64,000 nucleotides of DNA from Sphaerodactylus townsendi (lineage: Eukaryota), in NCBI RefSeq assembly GCF_021028975.2, contig NC_059439.1, positions 10,974,001-11,038,000 on the forward strand. The letters are read 5' to 3'. Under the pieces are notes generated by a model. The model worked only from the letters and a program-made list of their open reading frames with translations. It ran no database searches and was not told the DNA's origin. This document shows, in pieces, positions 61,057 through 64,000 of this stretch; the stretch's first letter is position 1; each line of letters begins with the position of its first letter. A program made the position numbers and the translations under genes.

Positions 61057-61099
61057 TCCTGACGTTTCGCCTGCATCTGTGGCTGGCATCTTCAGAGGA
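61057..61099 (-). ncRNA. Minimal type I hammerhead ribozyme (antisense twin)
   Basis: Exact reverse complement of 61202-61244. Confidence 0.7.
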
Positions 61100-61201
61100 T
61101 CTGATAGTAGGAAAGGAAAGCCAGTGGGGTGTGTATACACACACACACACACACACACACAGGTATATATACTCCACTTGCTTTCCTTTTCTACTATCAG
61201 A

Positions 61202-61244
61202 TCCTCTGAAGATGCCAGCCACAGATGCAGGCGAAACGTCAGGA
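61202..61244 (+). ncRNA. Minimal type I hammerhead ribozyme (Penelope-type)
   Basis: TCCT-CTGAAGA-TGCC..GGC-GAAAC-GTC^AGGA: stem I TCCT/AGGA, stem II GCC/GGC, palindromic ACGT stem III. Confidence 0.7.
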
Positions 61245-64000
61245 GAGAATGCTGCTAGAACACGGCCATACAGCCCAGAAACCACACAGCACCCCAAAGC
61301 AAGCTTTGTTTTTTCTTGGTGTGGTACACACCTGTGACACACACACACTAGTCCCACCCGCACGCAGAATGCCTCCTGAAAATTTTTAAATTATTAAACA
61401 AACCATATCATGGTAATGGGCTCACTGCCCCGTCGAAGTGAACCACAGCTCCTGCCTCAAAAACACCTAAGCACTGCATGTTATCTCTTATCCGCTGGTA
61501 CAGTTGTATCTTAGCCCCATTGGGCTTTTAGAGCATACTGAGAAGCACTAGAAAGATGCTGCTTGAGAATGGCTGTGCACCATGGGGAAACCAACATGGA
61601 CCGTCTGTTTCCTACAGCTGTCATGTGCCCAGTGTGGTGTTGTAATTAAGACCAGACTAAGAGCCAGGTTCAGATCCCCATGAAACTCACTGGATGACCA
61701 TGGGTTGGACCCTCTCTTAACCTAACCTACTTCATAAACTGAAAACAAAATATGGAAGGGACAGCCCTATGTTCACTGGAGGAAAGGTAGAATGGAAAAG
61801 TACTAGCTAGATACAGCTTCTACAGCAGACTGGGGATCTGAACTTAAATCTCCCAAAATGCTAGTCTGACACCCGTGACAGTGATTGTTCAGATCAAGTA
61901 GGAGTGTCTAAAAAACAGACTTGCAATTTTTTTTGGCTGTACGGGAGCGGAGAGAAGTCTGCTTTTTCCAAGAGAGTCTTCTTGCCAGAGCGGGGATTAA
62001 GACTTGGAATGAACGTAAGGGTGCCTTTAGAGGTGGATACAAATTGTAATTCCCGGGAAACACATTGCTCCTTAATTTCTATAGGGATTGAATGCTCCCC
62101 TGTCCTCTTTTTTCAGTCACAGATTTCACTATTCCCACTAAAATATAACAATGGTTAACACAGTATTTTTGCCATCATTCCAGTTTTAAGACTGAAGAAT
62201 TTCCTATGAGCCCTGATTCTTTTGCATCCAGTGGCACACTGTTCCGAGGATGCTACCTGAACACGCTGAGGAACCCATGCTGAACTATTCACCTGGTGCT
62301 TCTGCAGACAGAGAGTGAATCCAACATGTACCCAATACACCTCTGTGGCTTTGCATTCCAAGAGAATAATAGCAATGACCAAGTGGGCTGCTGGGAAAAG
62401 TTTACCAAGGGAGAAACTTTGAGAAACACCCCCCCCCCATTGGAAAATCTACCCAATTAGGGTCACCAACCTCCAGTTGAATGCCCTCCCTAGACACCAC
62501 CCCCAGATCTCCAGCAATTTTCCCAAGGCAGGGTTGGCAACCTTACCCAACAAACTCATTTGCTCTCCAACTCTCTGTTCATTCCAGTCGGGCCTCCTGC
62601 TGGAACTAGACTGAAAGCAGAACAGACTCCTCTCTGTGCAAAGCCCCAATAATCTTTATTGTTATTTAAATCAGCATCAAATCGGCTTTGGCCTCCCCCT
62701 TTGTCTGCCCTGCTGCCGGAGCGTGGCTAATGGCATTACGACAGATCGGGCAGCCCAGTGAAAGCAGCAGCAGCCACAGCAGAGAAGCAGCTGGAAGCAA
62801 GCAGAGGAGGGAATGTCAAACGGAATAATGCAATTTTCTAGTAGGAATGCACTCGGGATTCTTCTTCTTTGGGTGACTCTCCTAGAAAAGGTGGCAGTGG
62901 GGCCAGGGGGTCACCAACACAGCACCTGATGGAATCCCAGCATCAAGGTTGGCATTTAGGCTATTTCCTGCCCTGTGGGTCTTTTATTTCGGGAGATTTC
63001 AGCATTTAACTCACTGCATAGCATTCTGGTTTTATTAAACAAAGCACTGTTTGCAAACGTAAACCCCCCACATGCAAGTATCTCTCTGCACTTCATTATG
63101 TACACTTAGCGTCATTATTCTGTATATCTTAGTCAGCTCCCATTGCTCCGTTTGCTAATTTCATAGCCTGGCATGATTTTGTTGTTTATTGTATATAATG
63201 AAACGTTTCACTGCATTGTTCTCCAGTCTTGTAATTCCTGCTTTATGATGTGTATTATTCTGTATTAGTGTATTATGCTCCAGTCCTGCTGTTTAGATTG
63301 TCATTCTGTTCTTACTGACTTGTTTGTAGCTGTAATCTGCTTTGAATCTCAGCAAGAAAGGAAGATCACAAATGAATGAATGAATTAAAAGTGGGAGTCC
63401 CAGGCTCAGATCCCTTGGGCCAGCCAATTTCTCTCAGCCTAACCTATATCAGAGGGTTGTTGTTGTGAAGATAAAATGGAGAACAGGAGAACTGTGCAAA
63501 TCACTCCAAGCTCCTTGGAGGAAGGGTAGAATAAAAAAATATTAAATACATCCATATGTATATATTACAAAATCCTTGTCTTGTCAATGAGACATGTACA
63601 AGGACTCCAATGCTGGAGACTTAATTCCCATGAATGTGCATGAATTATTAGGAGTGTGACCGCAGAACTGGGAGATCAAGTCGTAAGCTGTCCCCCTTGC
63701 CATTTTGCCAGTCTGAGATGGCAGATCTTACTTGTATGGATGGCTACATCAACTTTCCTAAAGGCTCTTCGAAGAGGGAGGCTAAGATTCCTTTTCTGTG
63801 GACACTGTGGTCCCAATCTTGATCGGGTCCAAGTGCACCTGGAAAATAATTTCCCAGCATGGAACTTTCAGATCTTATCTGTTGACTCAAGACATGAGGC
63901 CTTTGTAAGGTATGGACTGGTCCTTAGGCCCAGTTCACATGTATGTATTCATTCCTTGAGGGATGTAACATGTGCAAATGGGCCATTACAGGTACCAGAA

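Larger units (their letters stand above)
60975..61294. mobile_element. Young Penelope-like palindromic insertion with a (CA)n loop
   Basis: About 125-bp near-perfect inverted arms; 15-bp TSD CAAAGCAAGCTTTGT (60960-60974 and 61295-61309). Confidence 0.8.

Noticed and set aside
60814-61363. Mirror-image ORFs (MPATDAGETSGENAARTRPYSPETTQHP)
   Set aside because: Artefact of the Penelope palindrome.

Overview
Vertebrate genomic DNA, most likely a squamate reptile and probably a gecko, judged from Sauria/Squam-type SINEs, CR1/L2 LINEs, Penelope remnants and SPIN/OC1-like hATs. The core of the window is a tandem pair of + strand, spliced FAM71/GARIN-family genes (Golgi-associated RAB2 interactor; DUF3699-like domain). 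Copy A has CDS 13000-21804 (6 coding exons, 278 aa) and copy B has CDS 25110-43258 (6 coding exons, 343 aa); both are reconstructed with phase-compatible GT-AG junctions and polyA signals. Copy B looks chimeric: its own promoter and first coding exon survive as a broken relic (about 22500-24644), directly followed by a near-identical copy of copy A's promoter, UTR exon and first coding exon, while downstream exons are far more diverged (exon 2 is about 56% identical in protein). Other notable items are a candidate LTR-promoted 4-exon orphan ORF on the minus strand, head-to-head with copy A; a Tf1/sushi-type self-priming LTR; Penelope-derived palindromes carrying minimal hammerhead ribozymes; horizontally transferred-type hAT elements; and several nested insertions with clean target-site duplications (TSDs). 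All calls were made by eye with no database search.
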